64,000 bases of DNA from Chloroflexota bacterium (lineage in GTDB: Bacteria; Chloroflexota; Anaerolineae; Anaerolineales; JBFLVL01), in contig JBFLVL010000005.1 of NCBI GenBank assembly GCA_040758495.1, forward strand, positions 35,682 to 99,681, in the 5' to 3' direction. Under the pieces are notes generated by a model. It saw nothing but the letters and a program-made list of their open reading frames with translations, ran no database searches and was not told the origin of the DNA. Positions 1 to 9,375 of the stretch are shown one piece after another. The position numbers and the translations under genes are program-made. The stretch's first letter is position 1; every line of letters begins with the position of its first letter.

Positions 1-156
1 AGGGCATACAACCCCTTCGGGTTCCTCCACCTCCTCTTCCACCTCTGGCGGTGGCACCGGAGATGGAGTTGGGGTGGGAGTTGGTGTTGGTTTGCACGCT
101 GCCAGCACCATACTCAACATAAGAACTACTAGCACTACAATAGACGTTTTCTTCAT
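1..156 (-). CDS. Lipoprotein, N-terminal fragment (runs off window start); possibly the solute-binding partner of the adjacent ABC permeases
   Basis: ATG at 154-156 (minus) preceded by AAGGAGGAAC (161-170). Translation MKKTSIVVLVVLMLSMVLAAC-KPTPTPTPTPSPVPPPEVEEE... gives a signal peptide, a lipobox Cys and a Pro/Thr linker. It is missing from the ORF track because the window edge truncates it. Confidence 0.6.
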   Translation of the reverse strand, partial: MKKTSIVVLVVLMLSMVLAACKPTPTPTPTPSPVPPPEVEEEVEEPEGVVCP

Positions 157-319
157 GATTGTTCCTCCTTAAGATAAGATTATAGATTTGTTGATAAGTT
201 ACAAGCTGACGTACTTGCAAGGTAATTCTAACACTTTTCAAGGCGCAGATAAAATTTTTAATGTGCCACCTCCACCTTAAAAAAATTTCCGCCTCAACCA
301 TTAACCCAGGGTTGACACT

Positions 320-1375
320 TTATCCCTTTAAACCGGTGCGGCTGATGCTCTCAGTGAATTGCCGCTGAGTCAGGAAATACAGGATCAAGATAGGGATAAT
401 CGTCACTACGGCACCTGCCATCTGTAAGTTCAACATAGACCCAGCTTCCTGGTCTACGAAGTTGAACAGACCCACGGCAATAGGCCGCCAATCCGGCTTT
501 TTGGTCACCAACAGAGGCCAGGCTAATGAGTTCCAAGAGTAAATGAACGACAAAACGGTGATCACCAGGATAGGAGCTGTTGAGAGGGGTATCACCACCT
601 GCCAGAGAAATTGCCAGTGGCTGGCACCATCTATCTGGGCAGCATCGAACAGGTCATCCGGTATTTGAGCAAAGAATTGCCGTAATAAGAAGATCGAAAA
701 AACGCTGCCCATAAAAGGTATGGTCAGTGACGGCCAGTTATCGAACCATTGTAGAGGGGTGATCCGATCCAGCCAGGTGATAGTGATGAAGTTGGGGATC
801 ATGGTCACAATACCGGGAATCATCATGCTGCTAAGCAAGAGACCAAAGATGACATCTCTACCCGGGAAGCGCATGCGAGCAAAAGCATATGCTGCCAGAA
901 TGCTGAAGAACAACTCGCCAGCCAGGATAATTAAAGTGATTTCAACGGAATTGATGAGGTATTCAGAAAATTTTCCTTTCTTCCAGGCGAACAAGTAATT
1001 CACCACCCCACCCCGGAATACTGTGTTGCCTATCACCCAATAGTCATCCGACCCTTCGGCATACTCCCGCGCGGTCATCCTGAGCTCACGCCTCTCCAGC
1101 TTGGTCGTCTCTTTGACGAAGTCAGGCACACCTTCACTCAACAGCATATCCAATTCTTCCGCTGTATACTTGAACACTTCTAAAAAAGGTTGACTGGTAA
1201 CCAACTTACTGGTGCTCAACGCCTCACTGGTGGTCATCAACGAGGTAGATATCATCCACATAAAAGGGATTATGGAAATGACCGCTCCAACGATCAACAC
1301 ACAGTAAATCAACAACCTGCCGAACCGATACTTATAAATGGTAAATACAGGGTTCATCTTCATCGGTTTACCCAT
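320..1375 (-). CDS. ABC transporter permease (carbohydrate-type, MalG/UgpE-like)
   Basis: 351-aa multi-TM ORF with the EAA-loop signature [23 protein letters not shown] roughly 100-aa hydrophilic insert follows TM1. The start overlaps the stop of the upstream permease by 8 nt. Confidence 0.85.
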   Translation of the reverse strand: MGKPMKMNPVFTIYKYRFGRLLIYCVLIVGAVISIIPFMWMISTSLMTTSEALSTSKLVTSQPFLEVFKYTAEELDMLLSEGVPDFVKETTKLERRELRMTAREYAEGSDDYWVIGNTVFRGGVVNYLFAWKKGKFSEYLINSVEITLIILAGELFFSILAAYAFARMRFPGRDVIFGLLLSSMMIPGIVTMIPNFITITWLDRITPLQWFDNWPSLTIPFMGSVFSIFLLRQFFAQIPDDLFDAAQIDGASHWQFLWQVVIPLSTAPILVITVLSFIYSWNSLAWPLLVTKKPDWRPIAVGLFNFVDQEAGSMLNLQMAGAVVTIIPILILYFLTQRQFTESISRTGLKG

Positions 1376-3020
1376 AAAACACGCGTGAGCCTTGAATCTT
1401 GTTGTTGGCGTAGGTTAAAACCAGGATGATGGCAAACAGCACGAACGCCATAGCTGAGGCATACCCAAAACGCGTGCGTAAAAAGAACTCGTCAAATATC
1501 GCCACGCTGACCGTGTCCACAGTTCCTAACGCCATGACGTCCCGCATAACGTAAATATGGTTGAAGGCCTTAAAGGTGCCAATTACAGCAATAAGAGAGA
1601 GAAAATAGGTCGTCGGTGAAAGCAAGGGAAGGGTGATATAACGGAAAATTTGCCAACGGCTGGCCCCATCAATTGCTGCCGCCTCGTTGATCTCATGGGA
1701 TATGTTGCCCAGCCCTGCCAGATAGATAACGGTATCATAGCCTACATATGTCCAGATGGAGAAAATAATAATTACCACCAAAGCTAGGCTGGGGCCGGCC
1801 GCCCAGCTTGGTACCTCAACTCCAAGGTATGACCCCAATATGGTAAACACACCCCGGGGCTCGATCAACCATCTCTGATGTTCACCACCCAATAAGGTGA
1901 TAAGAGCATTCACCGGAGAGGACGCACGCGGGCCGAACATCAATCGAAAAACCGCGGCGCTGGCAACGGCCGGGGTAACGTAGGGCAAAAAATACACTAC
2001 CCGGAAAAAATCCCTGCCGCGCACATTCTGGAACAATAGATACGCCAGCACCAACGCAATGCTCAACTGAAACGGGATGGTCCCCGCAGCATAGAACACG
2101 GTCACTTTGAGACCTTGCCATACGTTCTTGTCTCCGGACTGGATCACGGCGGGGATTTCACCCACCAACAACCACCCCCCAACGATCAATAACAGAGCAA
2201 CGAATCCTCGCCAGATAAACGCCCTGTCCGACTCGTGTTTTACTGCCTTGCTCCAAAACTTCCACGCCACACCTAAACATAAAACCCCCGTGGAGATAAG
2301 AACAACCTGGACACTCACCAGATTCCCCTCACCTGTCTCCATGGCAGCGTGTATGGCTTTGACCATCTCCGTGTAGGTAAACCACCCTACGATCACAGCA
2401 CCAACCAGACACGACCAGGCCACCGTCATCTGATTGAGATAGGTCACCCTGTGTGGGGTGCGGATGAAACGCCACAATATCAACGTCAAGACCAACGCTA
2501 AGGCCAGCAAGCACACCCAATTCCAGAACGCAGAAACCACGTGGTCAGCGCGTAACGCCTCCCCCAGCAACTGAAGGAACAACTCACGCGACCTCTCCTG
2601 CCCCCGGACTTTATCCGCTATGGCTAAAACCTCGGGGATTAACAAGAACACATAACGCAAAATGAGCAATATACCCCCCGCGTTGAGCATCCCAGGCACA
2701 AGCAACGCCCAAGGCTTTTCATTGTGCTCTTGAGCCTGAACCACACAATCCCGTATCCTGCGATATGCGAAGTATACTAACCCCACAACCAGCGCAAAGA
2801 ACAGCACATACGTCAGAGCATCAATCGCCTTTACGTAGTTCTCCAACCCGAGAAACGGCCCTTGCTTGATCTTCCACTTATGCAGACTGACATAAACCGC
2901 AAAAATAACCGGGAAAATGCCGAAAACAAAAATCAGCAACATAGCAGGCGTGATCATCAAATACGCGGTAAGATATTCGCGCAAATCACGTCCACGCTTG
3001 CCAGACCAGAAAGAAAGCAC
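1368..3020 (-). CDS. ABC transporter permease (carbohydrate-type, MalF/UgpA-like), unusually long
   Basis: 550-aa ORF with a GTG start. It has a conserved N-terminus ([25 protein letters not shown]) and an EAA loop ([22 protein letters not shown]). A large block of extra TM and loop sequence lies between TM1 and the core. Confidence 0.85.
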   Translation of the reverse strand: MLSFWSGKRGRDLREYLTAYLMITPAMLLIFVFGIFPVIFAVYVSLHKWKIKQGPFLGLENYVKAIDALTYVLFFALVVGLVYFAYRRIRDCVVQAQEHNEKPWALLVPGMLNAGGILLILRYVFLLIPEVLAIADKVRGQERSRELFLQLLGEALRADHVVSAFWNWVCLLALALVLTLILWRFIRTPHRVTYLNQMTVAWSCLVGAVIVGWFTYTEMVKAIHAAMETGEGNLVSVQVVLISTGVLCLGVAWKFWSKAVKHESDRAFIWRGFVALLLIVGGWLLVGEIPAVIQSGDKNVWQGLKVTVFYAAGTIPFQLSIALVLAYLLFQNVRGRDFFRVVYFLPYVTPAVASAAVFRLMFGPRASSPVNALITLLGGEHQRWLIEPRGVFTILGSYLGVEVPSWAAGPSLALVVIIIFSIWTYVGYDTVIYLAGLGNISHEINEAAAIDGASRWQIFRYITLPLLSPTTYFLSLIAVIGTFKAFNHIYVMRDVMALGTVDTVSVAIFDEFFLRTRFGYASAMAFVLFAIILVLTYANNKIQGSRVFYG

Positions 3021-3086
3021 GCTTGCCCTCCATTGCCAGTGATGTTATTTCGGGAATTATATCAAAGGTAACGAAAGAGAATAAAC

Positions 3087-4370
3087 ATGCCAGACCTGAC
3101 CGATGAAATCCTCCTTGATCTGAAGACCAGGCAGCTTCCTGGATTAGGTGAGAACGAGGGTTGGCAACTCCCCGATACTAAGGGGTTCTCCCTCCAGAAT
3201 CTCCCCTCCAGCATTTGCCACCTGCTCAACGTACCGGAAATCCGGGGTGCGAGGCTACATTCCCGCATTCTCTCGTCCCTGAAGGGTCAGTCTCGCTGTC
3301 TCGTAGCTATCATAGTAGATGCCCTTTCGCTTCACTGCTTCCAAAACTGGGTAAACGACGGAACCGCGCCCATATGGAAACAACTCCAATCGGAAGGGGT
3401 ACTTGCCCCCCTCACCTCCCTGGTGCCCAGTACAACTAGCACGGTGTTGCCCACCCTGTGGACCGGATGCAGCCCCGCTGAACACGGCTTACTGGGTTAC
3501 GAACTGTGGTTGAAAGAGTACGGCATCGTGACCAACATGATCACCCAAAGCCCGATAACTTTTAAAGGCGAAACTATCAGCATGGAAAGAGCAGGGTTAG
3601 AACCGGAAAAATTAATCCTTGGCCCTCTCCTGGGGTCCCATCTGAAGGATCACGGCATAGAATCCCACGCTTTTCTACACTACACCATAACCCGCTCCGG
3701 CCTTTCGCGCAGCTTCCTTCACGATGTAGAACTACATTCGTATAGCACAGCCACAGACCTCTGGATAACCCTGCGTAAATACCTCGAAGAAAAAGCAGAC
3801 AAACAGCTGTTCGCCTGGGTGTACTGGGGTGCGTTAGATGGCCTTTCCCACCGCCACGGTCCAGACGACGAACGTATCCCCGCCGAGTTCGCCCTTTTCA
3901 GCACTGCATTTGAACGGAGTTTCCTTTCCAAACTCAGCGCAAAAGCCCGAAATGATACTGTGTTGATGCTCAGTTCCGATCATGGTCAGATAGCCACTCC
4001 TCCCAACAGACTCTACGATCTCCGTAACCACGTGGACTTCACCCGCCGTCTACACCTCATGCCCACGGGCGAAAACCGGCTTATCTACCTGTTTGTTAGA
4101 CCTGGGCAAATTGCTGCTGTGAGCAAATATATTGAAGAAACCTGGCCAGACCAGTTCAGGGTCATACCCTCGGTAAACGCCCTACAGACTGGTTTGTTCG
4201 GCGACGGACTTCCTCACCCAAGAGTGCTCGAAAGGATTGGTGACCTCATTCTCATCCCTACAGGTAACGCCTATCTATGGTGGGCAGAGAAAGAAAATCC
4301 CCTTCATGGGCGCCATGGAGGCCTCTCTCCTGATGAAATGTTGGTTCCTTTCCTGGCGGCTCACTTATAA
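3087..4370 (+). CDS. Alkaline phosphatase superfamily protein (nucleotide pyrophosphatase/phosphodiesterase-like)
   Basis: 427-aa ORF with motifs typical of the superfamily: IIVDALS, PSTTSTVLPTLWTG (nucleophile region), LDGLSHRHG and SSDHGQ. Confidence 0.6.
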   Translation: MPDLTDEILLDLKTRQLPGLGENEGWQLPDTKGFSLQNLPSSICHLLNVPEIRGARLHSRILSSLKGQSRCLVAIIVDALSLHCFQNWVNDGTAPIWKQLQSEGVLAPLTSLVPSTTSTVLPTLWTGCSPAEHGLLGYELWLKEYGIVTNMITQSPITFKGETISMERAGLEPEKLILGPLLGSHLKDHGIESHAFLHYTITRSGLSRSFLHDVELHSYSTATDLWITLRKYLEEKADKQLFAWVYWGALDGLSHRHGPDDERIPAEFALFSTAFERSFLSKLSAKARNDTVLMLSSDHGQIATPPNRLYDLRNHVDFTRRLHLMPTGENRLIYLFVRPGQIAAVSKYIEETWPDQFRVIPSVNALQTGLFGDGLPHPRVLERIGDLILIPTGNAYLWWAEKENPLHGRHGGLSPDEMLVPFLAAHL

Positions 4371-4513
4371 CTCCCCAAAACATCTGCCTGGAAAACACAC
4401 AAGCCACCTTCCCACCGTAACCCATGTAGGACCATCAGGCAAATCATCCCGGGTTTTCTCGCAAACGGCGAAAAAAGTATGGTCTCCTTCCTATGCGTTG
4501 ATGCTGTAGGATT

Positions 4514-4612
4514 TGTCATTGCGAGCACATTCGCTAAGCTCAGTGTAGACTCCGCGAAGCAATCTCCCTGGAAGTTGGGGATTGCCTCGTCACTGCGCTC
4601 CTCGCAATGACA
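4514..4612. repeat. Imperfect nested palindromic element (REP/MITE-like, the 'GTCATTGCGAG...CTCGCAATGAC' type)
   Basis: Perfect 12-bp outer arms: tgtcattgcgag (4514-4525) and ctcgcaatgaca (4601-4612). Inner arms are cgaagcaatctccc and ggggattgcctcg around the loop tggaagtt. It is non-coding and lies between convergent genes. Confidence 0.6.
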
Positions 4613-4626
4613 CAGGTCGGTGATAC

Positions 4627-4665
4627 GAAAAACCTCCCTCAGGTTTCACTAACCCACGGGAGGTT
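4627..4665 (-). terminator. Putative intrinsic terminator of the M23 peptidase gene
   Basis: On the minus strand, AACCTCCC pairs with GGGAGGTT (8-bp stem, 19-nt loop) and is followed by TTTTCG. It lies about 20 nt downstream of the stop at 4686. Confidence 0.45.
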
Positions 4666-4685
4666 CGACCTCAGAAAGCCGATGG

Positions 4686-5885
4686 TTATGGCAGGAAGTT
4701 CAATGGATTGACCTTACCCCAATCTGCATGACGCAGTTCAAAGTGTAGATGCGGACCGGTGGATTGTCCCGTGCTCCCCATAGATCCGATGATAGTCCCC
4801 TGGAACACACTCTGGCCACACCCCACAAGGATGGCACTCAAGTGAGCATACAACGACTGCCAGCCATTCCCATGATCAATAACGATCATATATCCATAAC
4901 CATAATTGCTCCATCCCGAGTACACCACCACGCCCCCATCGGTCGAGTAGATGGGATAACCCGTATCCCCACCAATGTCAATTGCCGGGTGGATCACAGG
5001 GTCATAGTGATAGCCAGAAATGAACCTGCTGGTTGTAGGCCAGATGAACGTCCCTGTACCCACGGCGCCTTCGTAGATTTCCCCACAGAAACCCGGACCG
5101 TAAGTTGAAGCCACGGCAGGGTTCGTCCGGGAGATGGGAGGCGGGCCCCAATCCCGAAGGGGGCGCGAGCCTCCTGGCACGATCAGGTACACGCCTGCCT
5201 CCAGAGTTGGATTGTCCACATCAAAATCAAACGGGTCTAAATGGTTCCCTGGCCATTCAACGATCGTCAGAGGGTCTACGCCGTAAAATTCTGCCACTTT
5301 GCGGAAATTCTCCCCTTCGCTCCAACGATGATAGATGCCATCTACGGGCAGGATATTCAACACCTGACCAGCCCTCAATATATGAGGGTTATCCGCTAAC
5401 ACCTCATAATTACCCCACAGGATGGTCTCTGGACGTAAACCATATTTATCCGCAATGCCAAAAACCGAGTCGCCAACCTCAACTGTGTAGGTAATCACAT
5501 CCACCCGAGGGCGGGTCGGTATCGTGGTATGCAACAAGGCTAAACGTGGGATCCCCATTTCATAGGGCTCCATTACATCCTCTGCCTGAGCCAGAGGGGG
5601 TAGGGACACAGTTGGAGTAGGAGTGGGCAAATCAGCCGCCTGGACATCGGGTTGAACACTGGCCACACCCCTAGTTGGTTGTTTACTCAAATACAAACCG
5701 CGTAACACCCATGCCATCACCAGCACAAGGATGATCGAGAAAATATGGGTAAGGGTTTTGAGCACCGGTTTAGCCAAACCTGCACTGGTAATAACCTCCC
5801 AGATATTGGTCAACCAACTGGTTTCCACTGTCTCAGTATCTGGGGAAATTTCCTTTTCCTGGGTCTGAATATCCGTCTTAGCCAT
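4686..5885 (-). CDS. LysM domain-containing M23 family metallopeptidase (peptidoglycan endopeptidase)
   Basis: 399-aa ORF with an N-terminal TM anchor, a PT-rich linker and two LysM-like repeats (YTVEVGDSVFGIADKYGL...). The M23 motifs are present: HPAIDIGG, DHGNGWQSLYAHL and GSTGQSTGPHLHFELR. Confidence 0.9.
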   Translation of the reverse strand: MAKTDIQTQEKEISPDTETVETSWLTNIWEVITSAGLAKPVLKTLTHIFSIILVLVMAWVLRGLYLSKQPTRGVASVQPDVQAADLPTPTPTVSLPPLAQAEDVMEPYEMGIPRLALLHTTIPTRPRVDVITYTVEVGDSVFGIADKYGLRPETILWGNYEVLADNPHILRAGQVLNILPVDGIYHRWSEGENFRKVAEFYGVDPLTIVEWPGNHLDPFDFDVDNPTLEAGVYLIVPGGSRPLRDWGPPPISRTNPAVASTYGPGFCGEIYEGAVGTGTFIWPTTSRFISGYHYDPVIHPAIDIGGDTGYPIYSTDGGVVVYSGWSNYGYGYMIVIDHGNGWQSLYAHLSAILVGCGQSVFQGTIIGSMGSTGQSTGPHLHFELRHADWGKVNPLNFLP

Positions 5886-6005
5886 GATGAATTTCGCTAT
5901 CCTGTTCCAAAAGTGTCGTTAATACGCCCGGCTCTACCTTGTTATGCTCCTGCAGGAGCAGACCGAACCACAGTAGCTAAAGGTACCACTACCCAGTGGA
6001 AGAAG

Positions 6006-6034
6006 ATAATAACATTAGCGTAGGAAAGCGTCAA
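6006..6034 (-). promoter_or_regulatory. Putative sigma70-type promoter for the M23 peptidase gene
   Basis: Minus strand reads TTGACG (6029-6034), a 17-nt spacer, then TATTAT (6006-6011). These are the same hexamers as the groES promoter. The predicted leader is about 120 nt. Confidence 0.4.
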
Positions 6035-6139
6035 TCATGCCTTCCAGAACAGATTTTCGTCCGCTGGAAACTTGGAGGATGACATTGGTTCAAACACTTG
6101 AAAGAGCCAGCTTATCCGCGGTAACGTGAGAACGGCAAC

Positions 6140-7132
6140 CTACTTCAAACTAATCGGTGAGTGCAATAACTCTAATAACAGCTTTACTGCCTGCTGCACA
6201 TCGCCAAAGTCAACCATCTCTGAGGGGGCGTGAATATACCGACAGGGAATAGAAAGACATCCCGCGGGAACCCCCGCCTGTGTGATCTGGATCGCCTTGG
6301 CATCTGTAGTGCCACGTTCGAGCACCTCCATTTGGTATGGCAGCCCGGCTTTCTTAGCCGCTCGTACCATCCAGTCAACTACACGTGGGTCTGATAACAT
6401 CCCCCGATCACGTACTTTGATGGCAGGCCCCTTACCCAGAGCCACATCCATCTTGGCTTCCTTCGGGGTATCACCCGTCCTGGTCACATCAACGGCCAAG
6501 CCCACATAGGGAGAGATTCCAAATGCTGCTGTGGTGGCACCACGCAAGCCCACTTCTTCTTGCACACTGAACACAAAAACAACTTCGTGTAGGGGGGTTT
6601 TTAAACACCGAAGTGTTTCGATGAGCGCTGCCACGCCGATACGATCATCCATCGCTTTGGCGACCAGCCGATCTCCCAAATCTAAAAAAGGACGCTCAAA
6701 AGCAGCTACATCCCCAACATGCACAGGGCAATCTTTGGGACTGCTGGCGCCAACATCAATGTACATTTTTTCCAGGGGTGGCACTTTGCTCTCATCAAGC
6801 ATCCGTTCAGCTCCTATGATCCCCAGTGCACCATTTAAAAAGCGTACACGACCACCAAGGCAATTGAACGGTCGTACACCTCCGATATTCGTAAAGCGTA
6901 CAAAGCCATTTTCGTCCACGTGTGTGGCCATAATCCCAATTTCATCCATATGGGCAGCCAACATAACCTTACGCTCATCAGATCCGCACTTTCTCACCAA
7001 CAGGTTCCCAAGTGCATCCACTTTGACCTCATCAGCAAAGGGTTCAACCATTTTCCGAACAACGGCACGAACCTGAGCCTCATAACCCGAAGGCCCAGGG
7101 GTTTCCACAAGTGTTTTGATGATGGATTTCAT
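6140..7132 (-). CDS. M42 family metallopeptidase (TET/FrvX-like aminopeptidase), paralog 3 of 3
   Basis: 330-aa ORF with AGGAGAAGG upstream of the ATG. The M42 metal ligands are present: AAHMDEIG, MDDRIG, QEEVGLRGA, AVDVT and CRYIHAPSE. Confidence 0.9.
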   Translation of the reverse strand: MKSIIKTLVETPGPSGYEAQVRAVVRKMVEPFADEVKVDALGNLLVRKCGSDERKVMLAAHMDEIGIMATHVDENGFVRFTNIGGVRPFNCLGGRVRFLNGALGIIGAERMLDESKVPPLEKMYIDVGASSPKDCPVHVGDVAAFERPFLDLGDRLVAKAMDDRIGVAALIETLRCLKTPLHEVVFVFSVQEEVGLRGATTAAFGISPYVGLAVDVTRTGDTPKEAKMDVALGKGPAIKVRDRGMLSDPRVVDWMVRAAKKAGLPYQMEVLERGTTDAKAIQITQAGVPAGCLSIPCRYIHAPSEMVDFGDVQQAVKLLLELLHSPISLK

Positions 7133-7159
7133 TGCCTTCTCCTAAAGTAAGCAATCACG

Positions 7160-8257
7160 TCATGTCAGCGTTTTCGAAGTTATGCGCCTTAAGGCGGCGT
7201 AAACCAGGTTCAATGTCTGCTTCCAATCTTCTAAACGGACTAGGGAAACAGGTGTGTGCAGGTACCTGCCAGGCACAGATATGGAGACACTTGGGATGCC
7301 GGCGCGTTGCCTTTGGATTGCACCAGCATCTGTGCCACCCCCGCCAGGTTGTCGGAATTGGTAGGGTATCCCTTCCTCCTCTGCAGTACGTACGAGGAGC
7401 TGGATCAAGCGTGGATCAGAGATGGTCCCCCCGTCAGCAATGTATATCGCCGGTCCTGCTCCCAGGCGGGTATTGTATCGGGTGTTTTCTTCTCCATCCC
7501 ATGACGGCAGATCAAAGGCAGGAGTACAGTCCAGCACAAAAGCCAAATCTGGGTCGAAGGTATAGGCAGCCACACGGGCACCACGCAATCCAATTTCTTC
7601 CTGAACCGTAAAAGCAGCCAGGAGGTCAATGTTTGTTGGGGCATGGGTAACCAGTTCGATCAGGGTTGCCACTCCAATCCGATCATCAAACGCTTTGCCG
7701 CACAGGTTTCGACCCAGACGGAAAAAGCGTGTGGCAAACGTAGCACGATCACCAACCTTGACCTTGGAGTCTTTCCCCAAACCGATATCAATCCGCAAGG
7801 ATTTTATCGAAATGACTTTGCTTCTTTCTTCGATTTCGGTCAGATGAACGGGCTTGACACCGATTACTCCGGGTATCTGCTCACTGCCAACTAGAACAGG
7901 TTTACCGACCAACTGTCGGGCATCTATTCTCCCTACAGTATCAAAATGGAAAATGCCCTCATTTTCCTTATGGGTGAGTAAAAATCCCACCTCATCCATG
8001 TGAGCAGCGACCATCACCCGTGGTCGGTCTTTTCCCTGGCCGCGGCATGTGACCAATACATTCCCAAGCGCATCAACAATCACATCATCGGCAGCACTCC
8101 TAACCTGTTCCAACACCACCTGACGTAACGCACCTTCATCTCCAGAAACGGCACATGCGTTGGATAAACGCTCTAACAAGCGAATTTGAGCCGCGGCTAT
8201 TCGCGGGGCACTGGATTTTTCCTGTGTCATGATCTTATCTCTCTGTTTATTTCGCAT
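7160..8257 (-). CDS. M42 family metallopeptidase (TET/FrvX-like aminopeptidase), paralog 2 of 3
   Basis: The ORF extends to 8263 (TTG). The ATG at 8257 has GAGGA 6 nt upstream. Motifs: AAHMDEVG, FDDRIG, QEEIGLRGA, VLDCT and GRYLHTPVS. Confidence 0.88.
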   Translation of the reverse strand: MRNKQRDKIMTQEKSSAPRIAAAQIRLLERLSNACAVSGDEGALRQVVLEQVRSAADDVIVDALGNVLVTCRGQGKDRPRVMVAAHMDEVGFLLTHKENEGIFHFDTVGRIDARQLVGKPVLVGSEQIPGVIGVKPVHLTEIEERSKVISIKSLRIDIGLGKDSKVKVGDRATFATRFFRLGRNLCGKAFDDRIGVATLIELVTHAPTNIDLLAAFTVQEEIGLRGARVAAYTFDPDLAFVLDCTPAFDLPSWDGEENTRYNTRLGAGPAIYIADGGTISDPRLIQLLVRTAEEEGIPYQFRQPGGGGTDAGAIQRQRAGIPSVSISVPGRYLHTPVSLVRLEDWKQTLNLVYAALRRITSKTLT

Positions 8258-8275
8258 TAGCAATCCTCGATTACA

Positions 8276-9331
8276 TTAATCCATGTTTACCTTATTCATG
8301 AAATCCGGTCCTAAACGAGCGATAAACTCGGCCAACAAACGCCCTGTACGCTGGATGTCCTTCATCATCACCATCTCAACAGGAGTGTGCATGTAACGCA
8401 AGGGTATACTCAGCAGCACCGTGGGGATACCCTCGGCAGTTACTTGTAGAGCTATGGCATCTGTACCTGAATGATGAGCGAATACCTCTACACTGTAGGG
8501 TATCTCCAGCTCTTCGGCCAAAGTTTTAAAAGCCTTGAATAAAGTCGGGTGGACATTGGGCCCCCAACCCAGGGTCAACCCTCCACCCAGCGGAAATGTG
8601 CGATGATCATCTGCTCCGGGACCCCGACCGTAGGTGACATCTACAACCACAGCCACATCCGGGCGTAACTGAAAGGCAGATGTGGCTGCTCCGCCTAAGG
8701 TCTCCTCTTCCTGTACAGTAGCGACCACCCAGACATCCCATTGGTGGACACGCTGGGTAAGTTCCTGGAGGCAATGGGTCAGAGCCACAATGGATACCCG
8801 GTTATCCAGCGAATGCCCAGCAATCACCTCTCCACTAAGCTCCAAAGGGGGCTGGGCAAAGGATACCAGGTCGCCAACTCGCACCAAACGTGCCAGGCGC
8901 TGTGCGGTGAGGCCTGTGTCAATCCACAAATATTCTATGGGCACATTACCGTTGTGAATCTCGGTCGGCAACAACCAATCGGGTGGCATGACAACCACCC
9001 CGGGTATATCCTGGCGGCCATGCACAGTAACCAGTTGACCGGGTAACACGCGGGCATCCACACCCCCCACCGATGTCAGGCGTAAAAATTCTTCCTCCAA
9101 ACCTTTGACCATCAAACCAATGGCGTCCATGTGGGCAGAAATCAATACGCTGGAACGCGGATCGGGTGCCTCACCACGCCGAAAACCGTGCAGGCTACCC
9201 AAGGGGCTGAGGGACAATTTCTCCACCAACGGTTTCCATTGGTTGGCTATTAAATCGCACACTGGACTCTCGTGACCAGATAACCCTGGTGCGGATATCA
9301 ACTCTTTCAAAAAAGGGGTGAAGTCTGTCAT
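8276..9331 (-). CDS. M42 family metallopeptidase (TET/FrvX-like aminopeptidase), paralog 1 of 3
   Basis: 351-aa ORF with motifs SAHMDAIG, SLDNRVS, QEEETLGGA, VVDVT and LRYMHTPVE. Confidence 0.88.
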   Translation of the reverse strand: MTDFTPFLKELISAPGLSGHESPVCDLIANQWKPLVEKLSLSPLGSLHGFRRGEAPDPRSSVLISAHMDAIGLMVKGLEEEFLRLTSVGGVDARVLPGQLVTVHGRQDIPGVVVMPPDWLLPTEIHNGNVPIEYLWIDTGLTAQRLARLVRVGDLVSFAQPPLELSGEVIAGHSLDNRVSIVALTHCLQELTQRVHQWDVWVVATVQEEETLGGAATSAFQLRPDVAVVVDVTYGRGPGADDHRTFPLGGGLTLGWGPNVHPTLFKAFKTLAEELEIPYSVEVFAHHSGTDAIALQVTAEGIPTVLLSIPLRYMHTPVEMVMMKDIQRTGRLLAEFIARLGPDFMNKVNMD

Positions 9332-9375
9332 GTAGTCTCCATTCAGGTTCAGGTGAATGCTCCGGGATTTTTTTA

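Noticed and set aside
4237-4509. 90-aa plus-strand ORF overlapping the 3' end of the phosphatase-superfamily gene
   Set aside because: It is an alternative frame of a supported gene that runs into non-coding sequence. It has no ribosome-binding site or motif.
5886-6139. c-di-AMP (ydaO-type) riboswitch upstream of the LysM-M23 peptidase gene
   Set aside because: Cell-wall hydrolase genes often carry this riboswitch, so I read the roughly 120-nt leader on the minus strand. I found none of the conserved ydaO core sequences, only a plausible promoter.
6531-7076. 181-aa plus-strand ORF inside the M42 peptidase gene
   Set aside because: It is antisense to a gene with all M42 metal ligands. Its Ser/Thr/Arg/Pro-rich composition is typical of a wrong-frame translation.
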